Made by a program: the position numbers and the translations under genes
DNA from: Methanotrichaceae archaeon
GTDB lineage: Archaea; Halobacteriota; Methanosarcinia; Methanotrichales; Methanotrichaceae
Assembly (NCBI GenBank): GCA_963748825.1
Contig: CAVVKN010000012.1
Coordinates: 32,001 to 96,000, forward strand
Reading direction: 5' to 3'
Length of the DNA stretch: 64,000 nt
Shown: piece after piece, positions 20,589-30,590 of the stretch
How positions within the stretch are numbered: position 1 is the stretch's first letter
How the letters are laid out: each line of letters begins with the position of its first letter
The notes under the pieces: generated by a model
Databases searched by the model: none
The model's input: the letters and a program-made list of their open reading frames with translations, nothing else
Told to the model about the DNA's origin: nothing

Positions 20589-23177
20589 TTAAATCTCTTC
20601 GGCCTTCCCGGCCTTTCTGCTTCGCTTTGCTCTCTTCTCGGATCCACCCGCACGGGCCAGCATCTTGCCACAGATCTGGTAGTCCTCGTCCGCGTTCACC
20701 TGGCTCTCTTCGGTCAGGCTCTCCAGGTTGAGGCCGCCTTTCTCGTAGAGCAGTTTGCCCTGCTCGTACATGCCGGAGCGCTTGCAGTGGCGGATCCAGT
20801 CGGCCAGGGTGGCGTCGCCCGGCCGCTCGCCCGCGGGCACGGGCACGCCCTGCTCCAGATAGGCCAGGTAGCGCTTGATCCTGCGGCTGACGCCCTGAGA
20901 GCGGCCCTCTTTCTTGATCTGCTCTTCTTCAGGGGAGGCAGGCAGGCGGTAGGTGCCCTCATCGGTTTTGTAGAAGTAGTCGAGGAGCCACTCGACCAGA
21001 GGCCGGCGCGGCTTGTCCTTTGGCCGGAACGACGTAGACGTAGTGCTCGAATATGTCGGAGTAATGGACGCCTTCATCCTCAGGCTTCTTGGATTTGGCA
21101 ATGAACCCTTTGATGATATCAGCGGCAGCATCTTCTTTGCCGGACTCGGCAGAATCGTCGATCTCCGTCTCCCGCAAGTACCAACGGGCATGCGCCGTTG
21201 GCCTCACCTTCGGGATGAAAAGGCTCAGCCACCTGGGAAAGAAGGTCCTCGAAATTGTGGGACTCCATCCGGCCCCGGCGCACCATGCGGCTGACAACCT
21301 CGTCGAAGATGCGGTCCTTGGTAGAGCCTGGATTTGAAGTAAGGTAAATGGTTATGATGTTTTTGACCTTGTCCTGGAAGGTGCCAAAGTCGTCAAGTTC
21401 CGTGATTAATTCGGGACGCCTAATTCATCCGGCTTGGGCTTGCGGAAGTTGATCACCAGGTCGCGTCTTATTGACTTTATCTGCGGTCATCTTGATTGAA
21501 TGTGTTTTCTGACCAGTATCGATAAACAGCGCAGAGTCTGTCTTTCTCAACTACAAATCCAACTTCAGCCATGATATCTTGAATCAAAGCCCATGTTCCC
21601 TCAGATGTATCGTGATAACATAGGGAAATGCCACCCGACCGGGCTTGAGAACGCGACAACATTCAAACATAGCCTTTCGCATGTCATTTGCCCAATCAGC
21701 TCTCTGGTCTTTCCGCTGACTTCATTGACTATAATCTCTTCATTATGCCATCTGGTATCGAAGTCCAAGCCATGCTTCCCAGATAAAGTTCAGTTCGCCA
21801 TACTGAATATTGCCTGCATAAGGAGGATCGGTAAAAATATAATCGATTGACTCTGCTGGTATATCTCTGAGATTGACAGCTGTACTCTGTGTAGAAATGA
21901 TTCAGATCATTATTTAGATTGTTGAGACTGCAGGTAATCCCCGCTCTTAGCCGTCCAAATTTTGCTTCATATGATTGCTCCAAGTACATTGATTTCTCGG
22001 GATATCTGCGGAATATAATATGTTCCTTTAAGATATCATGTTAACCACTCTGCACGCTATCGATACATCTTGAGCAGTCCTAGATAGGATTGACTTGAAA
22101 CGCAAAACAGCAGCATTGCATTTATGTTGCTATCAGTATTGATCTATTGTTTCAAGCACTGCCGCCAGCGCCCACAGGTTGCGCTTGGTGAAAAGCTCAT
22201 CAACCGTTCTAAAGTTGCTTGTTCCTGCTACTCCATTTAACGCCCCAGCATTCTTGAACATCCTCAGGAGCATTCATCATCCTGTGCTGTAGGATACCAG
22301 TGCGGTATCTCCTTCCCTTCGATCTCTTTGATCTTGCTCAGGTCATATCGTCTCGAAGAACTCCCGCTTCCTCGGATCGGGATCATCATGCCTGCGCTCA
22401 TCTCTTGCTGGCTTGCACCCATTCTCGCAGATGTAGCTCACCAACACCGGCACGGCCCCGAATTTCTCGCTCGAAGTGCTGATCTCTTCGGTAATCCCGC
22501 GCTTCTGGCAGTGAGGACAGACCCTGACCTTCTTGGGCTTCCCAGCCTTGGTCCTTCCCTCCACCTCCGGGCAGTCGAAGAGCGCCACCTTCTCCATGCA
22601 CCTGCGGGCACTGGAAAACCTGCGAGTAAACCGTGTAAGCCGTGGTCGCCTTTCCGCCGCATCGATCGCACCGGGTCTCATAGAGCCAGTCGATCTCCGG
22701 CTTGACCTTTGCCTTCAGCTCCTCAAAGGCCGCCTGCAGCTCATCCACATCCACCGGCGTGCAGTAGTTCTTGGTGATGAAGGTGGCCGCAGGCGAGCGA
22801 TCGATGGCGATGGCTTTGCGGCCCTCCATGAGCGCTGCCAGGGCTGTTCCGCCCGAGCCGCAGAAGGGATCGAGCACCAGATCGCCCGGTTTGGTGTAGT
22901 GGCGGATGTACTCCCGGATGGCGTCGTGGGGCTTCTTGGACCAGTAGGTGTGCATGTTGTAGATGGCTGTGGCCTTGGTGGTCTCGATGGCATGGTCGAA
23001 GGCCGGGACATCGTACTTATCGGTCTCGGGATCGTAAGGCCGCTCTGCCAGGTGCGCCTCCACGAAGGCCCGCAGGTTGGGATTGGGCTTGTCGCCGGAG
23101 TAGTAGCCCTCGGGCATCTGCGGGACGGGGCGCCTTCGCGCCGCTGTCTTCTTGCGCTCGTCTTTCCATTCGGTCAT
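20589..23177 (-). pseudogene. N6A/N4C DNA methyltransferase (PglXI-like role), heavily frameshifted
   Basis: SAM motif [11 protein letters not shown], Zn-ribbon cysteines (CDRC, CPxC, CPHC), catalytic [25 protein letters not shown] read by hand near 21770-21842, C-terminal fragments 20959-21297 and 20589-21191. Confidence 0.75.
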
Positions 23178-23328
23178 GGTTCGGTCCTTTCAGCTAAGAT
23201 CTTGGGGGCTCTGGTGGAAGGCCCCGTGATAAGCTTGCAACCACACATCAACACTGTCTTCAACATCCCTTAGTCCGCCTTTTTGGGTTATCTACTTCAT
23301 GTAAACCCATTGCGTGTCACAAACCTGT

Positions 23329-23492
23329 GTTTGATGACACACAAATGGATTTGTGGATCATATATTAGACGCAAACTCTGTTGTGTATCATAGATACTCG
23401 TTTGGTGATACACAAACAGATTTGTGTTTCATATAATACATGCAAATTCCGTATGCAAATCATAGAACTCTGTTTGATGGTACACAACAGAA
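23329..23492. repeat. Degenerate 71-72 bp tandem repeat (about 2.3 copies)
   Basis: Units start near 23329, 23400 and 23472: GTTTGaTGatACACAAAcaGATTTGTG..TCATATA.TA.A.GCAAA.TC.GT....ATCATAGA.ACTC. Confidence 0.7.
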
Positions 23493-23520
23493 GTCCATGA
23501 TGATATGGTAATGGACTGCA

Positions 23521-24646
23521 TCACACTTCGTCCCTCTCAGTGATATCAATCAACTCAGTGAATTCATAGAGAGCGGATCGACTTCCTCGTCTTTCACGAG
23601 AAACAACAAGAATTCCGCTTTCTTTCATCTCTCGCAGTATCCTTTGAGCAGTCATTTTGTTTATCTCCGATTTCTTTATGAAATACGCGGAGTTGAATAT
23701 CGGCCTGGAGAATATGGCATCTATCGCTTGAATAGAGTGCTGGGAATGCGTAATCTCCGGCACCTGCTGCTTCATGCTGTTATACAGCGCCAGGATCGCC
23801 CTCGCTTTGTGGCTGTTCTCGTCAGCCTGCTCTACAAGTGCCTTGAGGAAGAACGATACCCAGCCGTTCCAATCTCCCTCGCCGGATATTGCCCTCAGCC
23901 GCTCGTAGTAAACGTCCCGGTTTCTCTCCAGATAGGCGCTGATGTAAAACATGGGACTGGAGAGAATCACCTTTGTGGTAGAGGATAAGCGGCACAAGCA
24001 TCCGCCCGATACGTCCGTTGCCATCCAGAAAGGGGTGGATCAGCTCAAACTGAGCCTTGAGGATGGCGAGTTGAACTAGCGCATCCTTTTCGTCGCTGTG
24101 CAGGTATTCTTCCCAGTTGGAGAGCGCATCCATAATCATGGGCGGGGTTGGGGGAACAAAGGTCGCCCGCTCAAGGGGAGTGCCAGGCGGGGCAATGTAA
24201 TTTTGGATGCGCCGAATCTCTCCTGGGTCCTTGTTTCTGCCTCTAACCCCTGTCAAAAGGATACGGTGAAGATCACGAATCGTGTTTATGCCAAAAGGCC
24301 GCTTTTTCATCTCCTCGACAGCGGCACCCATGGCCTTCCGGTAGTTGATTATCTCATGAATATCCCTGGTTTCCGGAGTATCTTTCCCGATTCCGTCTTC
24401 CGGAGGTTCTCCAACATCCGCCTCATACTGCAGGACGTCTTCCAAAGATGCTTGAGTGCCCTCGATCCGCGAAGACAGCACTGCCTCGCGGGTGGTGAGC
24501 GGAGAGAGAAGCACCTGGGGATTGACAATTCCGAGGAGGATTCCATCATATCTGGCAAGCGCTGCATTGGCTTTGCCGATAAGAGAAACATGCATCTCCC
24601 AGTCGATGGTCTGAAGAGGCAATCTATCAGGAATATACGGCTCCAT
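23521..24646 (-). pseudogene. fic: Fic-domain protein with N-terminal Fic_N region and C-terminal wHTH; one frameshift near 23972
   Basis: EAVLSSRIEGT, canonical HPFLDGNGRIGR; continues in another frame as ILSSPMFYISAYLE...wHTH. Confidence 0.8.
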
Positions 24647-24650
24647 TATC

Positions 24651-25181
24651 TCATGCTCGCTCGTTCAGGCTCCATATGTGATCATCTGCAATGAGGTTGG
24701 TGGGCAGCAAGTAGCTGTCTTCGCCGGACTCGGAGAACATGATTATCTTGTCGCCGGCACGCCTTCCGGGCAAGAGCAGTATCGCTCTCTTCTGGTCCGT
24801 GGACAGAGTGCGCAGAGGATTCAGGTCCACGTCATAGGCGAAGAGAAGTTCCAGGTTAGAAAGCACCACGAGACCGTTCTCCATGAGCTTTTGGCGCAAA
24901 AACTTCTCAAAGGCCCGGTAGATATGGGCTCGGGTAGGCTCGGGCTTCCTGGCCTCGCTCTCGACGAGCTTTTTGAACTCGTCGTCCGGGATAGCACTGA
25001 GTATTCCTTTGTTTACCGAAGTTGGGGCTGGGAAGGGCTGCCCGTCAGAGGTCTTCGCTTCCTGGAGACGGGATGCAAACCGCTCCAGGGCGCTGTAAGA
25101 ACCGACTATGCCATACAGGTGTCTTCCTACATCAACTGAGAGCTTGGCTATAATGGCCTCAGTAATTTCCGTATCCCTTAT
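24651..25181 (-). CDS. BrxF/BrxB-like degenerate P-loop protein (~176 aa; start codon ATA or lost to an indel)
   Basis: Open frame extends upstream of the 82-aa track ORF to ATA at 25181, after a GGGAGG SD-like site; ..RHLYGIVGSY..SVNKGIL..LVVLSNLELLFAYDVDLNPLRTLST..AILLLPG.. Confidence 0.55.
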   Translation of the reverse strand: MRDTEITEAIIAKLSVDVGRHLYGIVGSYSALERFASRLQEAKTSDGQPFPAPTSVNKGILSAIPDDEFKKLVESEARKPEPTRAHIYRAFEKFLRQKLMENGLVVLSNLELLFAYDVDLNPLRTLSTDQKRAILLLPGRRAGDKIIMFSESGEDSYLLPTNLIADDHIWSLNERA

Positions 25182-25268
25182 GCCTGCATCCCTCCCAACA
25201 GATCATTAATTCACTTCATGCATTGAAGTAATAAGTCCTTTAAGCTGCCTTCGGTCGGACAAAATATA

Positions 25269-26426
25269 TTATTGGATTATTCTTTCTTTTCCCAAGTATT
25301 CGACAAGTTCCTCTAGAGTGAACTTGGTAGTGAACTGCCTGAATCTGTCGATCTCTGAGACCTTTGCCAGGATGCCCCGATTCCTCAGTTCATATAGCCC
25401 AGCAAGCAGCTTATCTGGATTCCAGAGCATTGATTTTATAGCTTGATTCTGCTCCACATTTGATATCTCGTACATTCCAGGCTGTGGAAATTCGCTGTGG
25501 ATCACAAAGGCCAGGGAGGCTGTCAATGGATCGCGGTAGCCAAAACTGATTATCTTTCGGTCTGATCGAGCTAGGCCGCCAGCTACAAGAGAACTTACAA
25601 TGGCCTGGGCGGACAGATTGGTAACTTTGGCGGAGGGGTAACGTGCGGCCAGGTATTCTCTTATCTTCGATCGGTCTAGGCGGCCATAACCAACGGCCGG
25701 CATCAACATGTCATTAAAGATGGAGAGCATCAAGGGTTCGGCCTTGCAGAACCGGTAAAAGCAAGCATCTCGAAGCTCCTGGCGTCCCGAGTAAATCTTG
25801 GCAAAAGATCTCATCGCCTGATCCGCCTTGCCATCAGGAAACAGCCTGTTCACGATGTAGGGAACGTATCTATCTCTGGTGTTCTGGCCGCTGAAGGGCA
25901 GGTTCTCCTTGAGAAAAGCTCTTATTATGCCGATATCTTCCGTATCAGGCAGCCTGGGCAGAATCTCAATGGCTTCTTTTAGAACAGAATTGGTGAAAAG
26001 ATCGCTCTTACGCCTGGCAATATTTGCTTTGCGCAATTGCGTCTCTTTCTTCGATGGCAATATGGGCGTTTGATCTGACAACGGTTGAAACTTACTTAGG
26101 CTTTGTTGCGGCTTCTCAAAAACTTCTTTTTGTTGATCCTTGGTAGTTTCATTGGAGCGAAGATATCCTACGAGCTTTAGGAGCGTTGCGGTATATGATT
26201 TCACTCCCTTTACCCGGCATAGAGCATCAAAATCAGAGGACAAAACGCCATCCAGTCCTCCAAATTCTAAGATGAGCTTTTTAGCCAACGGCTCAGGATT
26301 TCCTCTGCTCAGAGCATAGCTTAAAAGCAGCTCAAGGAGTGCTTCATGCGTAAGTGCATTTGGCTCTCCTGAGACAAAATCGTCTCTCAGCTTTTGCCTT
26401 AGCCCGATCGCACTTTTCTCAGCCAT
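25269..26426 (-). CDS. Fusion of a RadC-like N-terminal helix-hairpin-helix module with a BrxA-like helical domain
   Basis: N-terminal EALLELLLSYAL..PLAKKLILEFGGL..LCRVKGVK matches the RadC/UPF0758 N-terminus; no JAB HNHPS motif; first gene of the BREX-like cluster (BrxA assignment is positional and weak). Confidence 0.6.
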   Translation of the reverse strand: MAEKSAIGLRQKLRDDFVSGEPNALTHEALLELLLSYALSRGNPEPLAKKLILEFGGLDGVLSSDFDALCRVKGVKSYTATLLKLVGYLRSNETTKDQQKEVFEKPQQSLSKFQPLSDQTPILPSKKETQLRKANIARRKSDLFTNSVLKEAIEILPRLPDTEDIGIIRAFLKENLPFSGQNTRDRYVPYIVNRLFPDGKADQAMRSFAKIYSGRQELRDACFYRFCKAEPLMLSIFNDMLMPAVGYGRLDRSKIREYLAARYPSAKVTNLSAQAIVSSLVAGGLARSDRKIISFGYRDPLTASLAFVIHSEFPQPGMYEISNVEQNQAIKSMLWNPDKLLAGLYELRNRGILAKVSEIDRFRQFTTKFTLEELVEYLGKERIIQ

Positions 26427-26662
26427 CCGTCCCTCATTAAGGCCATTTAATGATAATCCAAATTAAATTTTTGGTCAAGACTGCATCCCATAATTCAATT
26501 TCATGTCCTCTTCAGGTATCTCTCATAGCTTTGCCTAATAGGTGCCCTGAATAATTTTTCTTATTTGTTAAAAAACCATAAATGAGGAATAAGCGGCTTG
26601 AAGAACACCATGTCCCATCCTCCTCTTTCGAAGAAGAATTTTGTAACGAAGAGTAGTCATAG

Positions 26663-27328
26663 CTACACCTTCCGCCCTCTTCTCACCCTCTTCCTCACAA
26701 TCAGGCATATCGACTGCACGGTGTTCCCAATGAAAAACCGCGGCGGCGTCCGCTTCCCAACGACGCGCGTCTGCCCGGCCCGGATGGCCTGCACCGCTTC
26801 CTCTGCGTCTGCCGCCTCGATCTCCGTGACCCCCAGCCCAACCGTGGCGGCAAAGTGCGAGTCGCTTCCCGCCACCATGGGCAGGTCTAGCTTCTTGGCG
26901 TTCCTCCGGGCCCGAGCGTTGGCTATGCCGAAGAGGTGCTTGGAGTTGTAGACCTCCACCGCATCGCAGTCCGGTATGCGCCCGATGGCGTGCCGGAAGG
27001 GATGGTAAGGATGGGGAACAATAGTGATGCCCCCCTGCTCGCGGGCCATCTCGGACGTTTCTTCAGGGCTCAACCCACGAGGCGGCAGCTTCTCTATTCC
27101 CAGGACGAGCAGGTGGCCCTCGGCGGTGGTGACCTCCGCTCCGGGGATGAGGATCAGGTCGAGCCTCTCTTCCCGGATGATCTTGAGGGCTTCTAGTGAG
27201 CCTTGCAGAGTGTCGTGATCAGTTATGGACAGACCGGCCAGTCCCCGGCGCACGGCGGCCCGCAGGATGGTTCTGACCTCATCGCGGCCGTCGGAACAGT
27301 TGGAATGCACATGCAGATCAAATTTCAT
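26663..27328 (-). CDS. PHP-domain metal-dependent phosphoesterase
   Basis: DLHVHSNCSDG, ITDHD, GAEVT..GH, PHP, GSDSH. Confidence 0.9.
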   Translation of the reverse strand: MKFDLHVHSNCSDGRDEVRTILRAAVRRGLAGLSITDHDTLQGSLEALKIIREERLDLILIPGAEVTTAEGHLLVLGIEKLPPRGLSPEETSEMAREQGGITIVPHPYHPFRHAIGRIPDCDAVEVYNSKHLFGIANARARRNAKKLDLPMVAGSDSHFAATVGLGVTEIEAADAEEAVQAIRAGQTRVVGKRTPPRFFIGNTVQSICLIVRKRVRRGRKV

Positions 27329-27363
27329 CTTCGCCTGGGCTCCATTTTACAAATTAGTTAGTC

Positions 27364-27401
27364 GCTCTGTGCGTTCTCTGTGAGCTCTGTGTCTCTGTGG
27401 T
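27364..27401. repeat. Four short CTCTGTG direct repeats
   Basis: gCTCTGTGcgttCTCTGTGagCTCTGTGtCTCTGTGgtt. Confidence 0.6.
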
Positions 27402-27438
27402 TAGAGCGTCGTTAGCCGCTGGTTATAATCAAATTATT

Positions 27439-28686
27439 CTAAATCTCGGGCACGGCCAGATAGCCGCTCAGGGCCGAGGCCGCTGCTGTGGCAGGACTCG
27501 TCAGATAAACCAGTCCTCCTTTGCCCATCCTTCCCGGGAAGTTGCGATTGGATGTGGAGACGCAAACCTCGCCTTCCGCCAGGACGCCCATGTGCGCTCC
27601 CAGGCAGGGCCCGCATCCCGGCGGACCGATCATCGCTCCGGCTTCCACCAGCGTCTGGATGATGCCGCTTTGCAGTGCCTCCAGCAGAACCTCCCGCGAG
27701 GCGGGGATGACCAGGGTTCTGGCTTTGACCTGTTTTCCCTTCAAGATGCGGGCCGCCACAGACAGATCCTCCAGCCTTCCATTGGTGCAGGTGCCTATGA
27801 AGACCTGATCGACCTCCAGGCCATCCAGCTCCGAGACAGGCCGAACATTGTCGACCCGGTAGGGCACCGCAACCTGCGGTTCTAAATCAGTTATGTCGTA
27901 CTCGTATTCATAATCGTAGGAACCGGGATCGGAATGCACCGGAGTGTAAGGCTGGCGCGCCCGACCCTCAAGCCAAGCATCCGTCTTTTTGTCGGGCGGA
28001 ACTATTGTAGCCTTGGCCCCCATCTCCACGCCCAAATTGCACATCGTCATCCTTCCCGACATGCTCAGGGCCTCGATGGCAGGTCCGATGTACTCCACGG
28101 TTTTGTAGGTCGCCCCGTCAGCGCCCAGTTTGCCAATCACCATAAGAGCAATGTCCTTGGCGGAGACGTTGGACTTAAGCGAGCCGGAAACGCTCACGGC
28201 TATGGTCTCGGGCACCTTGAACCACAAACGCCCTCGGGAGTAGATCTCAGCCATATCCGTCGCCCCCACGCCTGTGCCGAAGGCCCCGAAGGCCCCGTAG
28301 GTGCAGGAATGCGAATCTGCTCCTACCAGCAATAGGCCGGGCAAGGCAAAGCCCTGCTCGGGAAAGACCTGATGACAGACTCCACTGCCGCAATCAAAGA
28401 GGCTCTTGATCTTCTGCTGTTTAGCCCAGGCCCGCACATCCCTTTGCAGCTCGGCTGCCGTCTCATTGTTGGCAGGAACGATATGATCGAAGGGTATGAC
28501 AATGCTTTCCGGATCCCATACCTTCTCCGATCCCATCTCCTGGAAGGCCTTGATGGCCAGGACACTTGTCCCGTCATGAGACATGGCATAATCCACGCCC
28601 GCCTCAACAATCTCCCCCGGCTCCACCATTTTAGTGGAACCGGAGGCCCGCGAAAAAATTTTTTGGCTTATCGTAGCAGTCGCCAT
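27439..28686 (-). CDS. Aconitase-family large subunit (homoaconitase/3-isopropylmalate dehydratase, LeuC/HacA type)
   Basis: [46 protein letters not shown]. Confidence 0.9.
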   Translation of the reverse strand: MATATISQKIFSRASGSTKMVEPGEIVEAGVDYAMSHDGTSVLAIKAFQEMGSEKVWDPESIVIPFDHIVPANNETAAELQRDVRAWAKQQKIKSLFDCGSGVCHQVFPEQGFALPGLLLVGADSHSCTYGAFGAFGTGVGATDMAEIYSRGRLWFKVPETIAVSVSGSLKSNVSAKDIALMVIGKLGADGATYKTVEYIGPAIEALSMSGRMTMCNLGVEMGAKATIVPPDKKTDAWLEGRARQPYTPVHSDPGSYDYEYEYDITDLEPQVAVPYRVDNVRPVSELDGLEVDQVFIGTCTNGRLEDLSVAARILKGKQVKARTLVIPASREVLLEALQSGIIQTLVEAGAMIGPPGCGPCLGAHMGVLAEGEVCVSTSNRNFPGRMGKGGLVYLTSPATAAASALSGYLAVPEI

Positions 28687-28730
28687 TCTCGCCCGCCTCA
28701 GGGCTTAAACGACGATTCTATCACTTAAGC

Positions 28731-30590
28731 TCAACGCTTGCATTTAATGTCCTCCGGAGAGGGCATCATGTAAGCGATATCATCCGATGGATGCCGGTAG
28801 AGCCTTGAACCCAGTCGCTTTTGATCCAGGATATGCCCGATCAGTCCGATGCTTCTGCCCAGGGCAAACAGCCCATTGAGATAGCCCAGACGCACCACTT
28901 CATTGATCTCCTCTTTGCTGAAATCTCCGCAGGAGGTCATCAGGTCTAAGAAGAGAATGCCGATGCATCCGTCCACGTTCAAGATCAGGTTCCCCTTCTT
29001 GGCTGTGGTAAGCTCCTCCACCTGCAGGGCGTAATTGAGAAGCTCCGTGTGGGGGAAGTTCGCTCGGGCGTAGCTTATGAGAAGTTGCACCCTTTTATCC
29101 GGGTTCTTGACGCTCTTGATCTTGTGGCCGATGCCCGGGATGTTGATGCCCTTCCTCTTCATGTCGCTGACAAACTGCTCGGGCGTCATAGCCATCTCTT
29201 TGGCGTGCTTGAATTCGCGAGCAGCATCGTCGATGGCTCCACCGAAGCGCGGGCCGATGGTCAAGAGGCCGCTGCATAGTGATGATATGAGGTCTTTTCC
29301 GGCGCAGGAGGCGACGATAGCGTTATGGGCCCCGGATACGGCCGGGCCATGGTCGGCCACGATCTGCAAGACAAGCTCAATGAATCCGGCTGCATAGTCG
29401 GGCAGCTCCTTCTTGAACCACAGCAGGCCGATGACACCACCAATGCCCATCTTCTCTTCCAGGACGGCAGAGAGCTTCTTGCCCGCGTAGAGCACCTCTT
29501 CCCCACTGTCATCTGAGACTGTGCAGATGAATGTGGTCGGCTTTCTGATGTCGCCGGAAGCGAGGGCTTTGCTATAATCGGCCGCGATCTTGGGCGCCTC
29601 GGGCTCCTCAAACGGAATAGCAATGCCCTTGGAGAGAAGCATCTCGTAGACCTGTCGCACCGTATCGCCATAGCCGTCGAATGATGTGGGAACGTAGGCG
29701 CCTGCCTCGCGAAAAGCATCATTCTTGGCCTGAGCCGTCTCCTTATGAGTATCGGCCTTGGCTCCGGCATGGCCGAACTGAACGCTGGCAGGAAGCACGG
29801 GCGAGCAGGTCCCCGTCACCCAGGCTACCAGCGGCTTTTTGATCTTGCCCTCTTTTAAGGCGGAAATGATCCTGTACTCGTCTTCACCGCCGAGTTCTCC
29901 AAGGCAGGCAATCATCTTGATGGCGGGATTCTCCTCATAGCGCAGGATGTGGTCGAGCATGGTCGAGCCTGGATAACGATCTCCTCCAATGGCCACGCCC
30001 TCGTAAATGCCGTCTGAGTTTCTGGAGATGATGTTAAAGGCCTCGTTGAGCATGCCTCCCGACTTGGAGACAAAGCCGACCGATCCCGGCCGGTAGAGCT
30101 TGGAGGCGATGATGTTCTCGATGGTTCCGGCGGTATTGCCGATGCGAAAAGCTCCTGCCGTCATTCCTCCCACAGTGGCCGGACCTAAGACGATCTTGCC
30201 CTGCTTTTTGGCGGTGGCGCTCATGATCCGCGACTTCCTCTCCGGCACGCCCTCGGCAATGACAGCCACAATGCGAATGCTCTCCTCGGCCAATGCCTCC
30301 ATGGTAGTCTCGAAGGCGGAACGGTGTGAGGCGAAGTTGACCATCACATCAGCTTCGGGATAGGCTTTGGCTGCCAGGGAGATGCTCCTGTACATGGGCA
30401 GGATGATCTCTTTGCTTCCCCAAAAGGCCTTGTGAATGCCGGCTCGACTGGGATTGATGATGGCAGAGATGCTGGGGCCGGGGCGTTTGCAGATGTAATC
30501 GAAGTCCAGCATGCGCTGAATGGCATTGGTCTGATAGCCGTAGACGAAGGCTTTCGTGTTTCTATCAAAGAGAACGTAATTCTTGCTCAT
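28731..30590 (-). CDS. aclA: ATP citrate lyase alpha subunit
   Basis: AIQRMLDFDY, GPATVGG, phospho-His QFGHAGA, ADHGPAVSGAHN, IPGIGH, LILNVDG. Confidence 0.92.
   Translation of the reverse strand: MSKNYVLFDRNTKAFVYGYQTNAIQRMLDFDYICKRPGPSISAIINPSRAGIHKAFWGSKEIILPMYRSISLAAKAYPEADVMVNFASHRSAFETTMEALAEESIRIVAVIAEGVPERKSRIMSATAKKQGKIVLGPATVGGMTAGAFRIGNTAGTIENIIASKLYRPGSVGFVSKSGGMLNEAFNIISRNSDGIYEGVAIGGDRYPGSTMLDHILRYEENPAIKMIACLGELGGEDEYRIISALKEGKIKKPLVAWVTGTCSPVLPASVQFGHAGAKADTHKETAQAKNDAFREAGAYVPTSFDGYGDTVRQVYEMLLSKGIAIPFEEPEAPKIAADYSKALASGDIRKPTTFICTVSDDSGEEVLYAGKKLSAVLEEKMGIGGVIGLLWFKKELPDYAAGFIELVLQIVADHGPAVSGAHNAIVASCAGKDLISSLCSGLLTIGPRFGGAIDDAAREFKHAKEMAMTPEQFVSDMKRKGINIPGIGHKIKSVKNPDKRVQLLISYARANFPHTELLNYALQVEELTTAKKGNLILNVDGCIGILFLDLMTSCGDFSKEEINEVVRLGYLNGLFALGRSIGLIGHILDQKRLGSRLYRHPSDDIAYMMPSPEDIKCKR

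Larger units (their letters stand above)
9224..26426 (-). other. Defence island (BREX-like system with nested PARIS-like pair and Fic)
   Basis: Contiguous defence-type genes between housekeeping ribK and the PHP gene; no integrase or att site seen. Confidence 0.8.

Noticed and set aside
23329-23492. CRISPR array
   Set aside because: Units are degenerate along their whole length, with no constant repeat plus unique spacer and no cas genes
24678-25139. 153-aa plus-strand ORF
   Set aside because: Antisense shadow of the longer minus-strand BrxF/BrxB-like frame, which fits the operon direction
9224-26600. Island as an autonomous integrative element or provirus
   Set aside because: No integrase, transposase, replication or virion genes, and no flanking direct repeats or tRNA noticed
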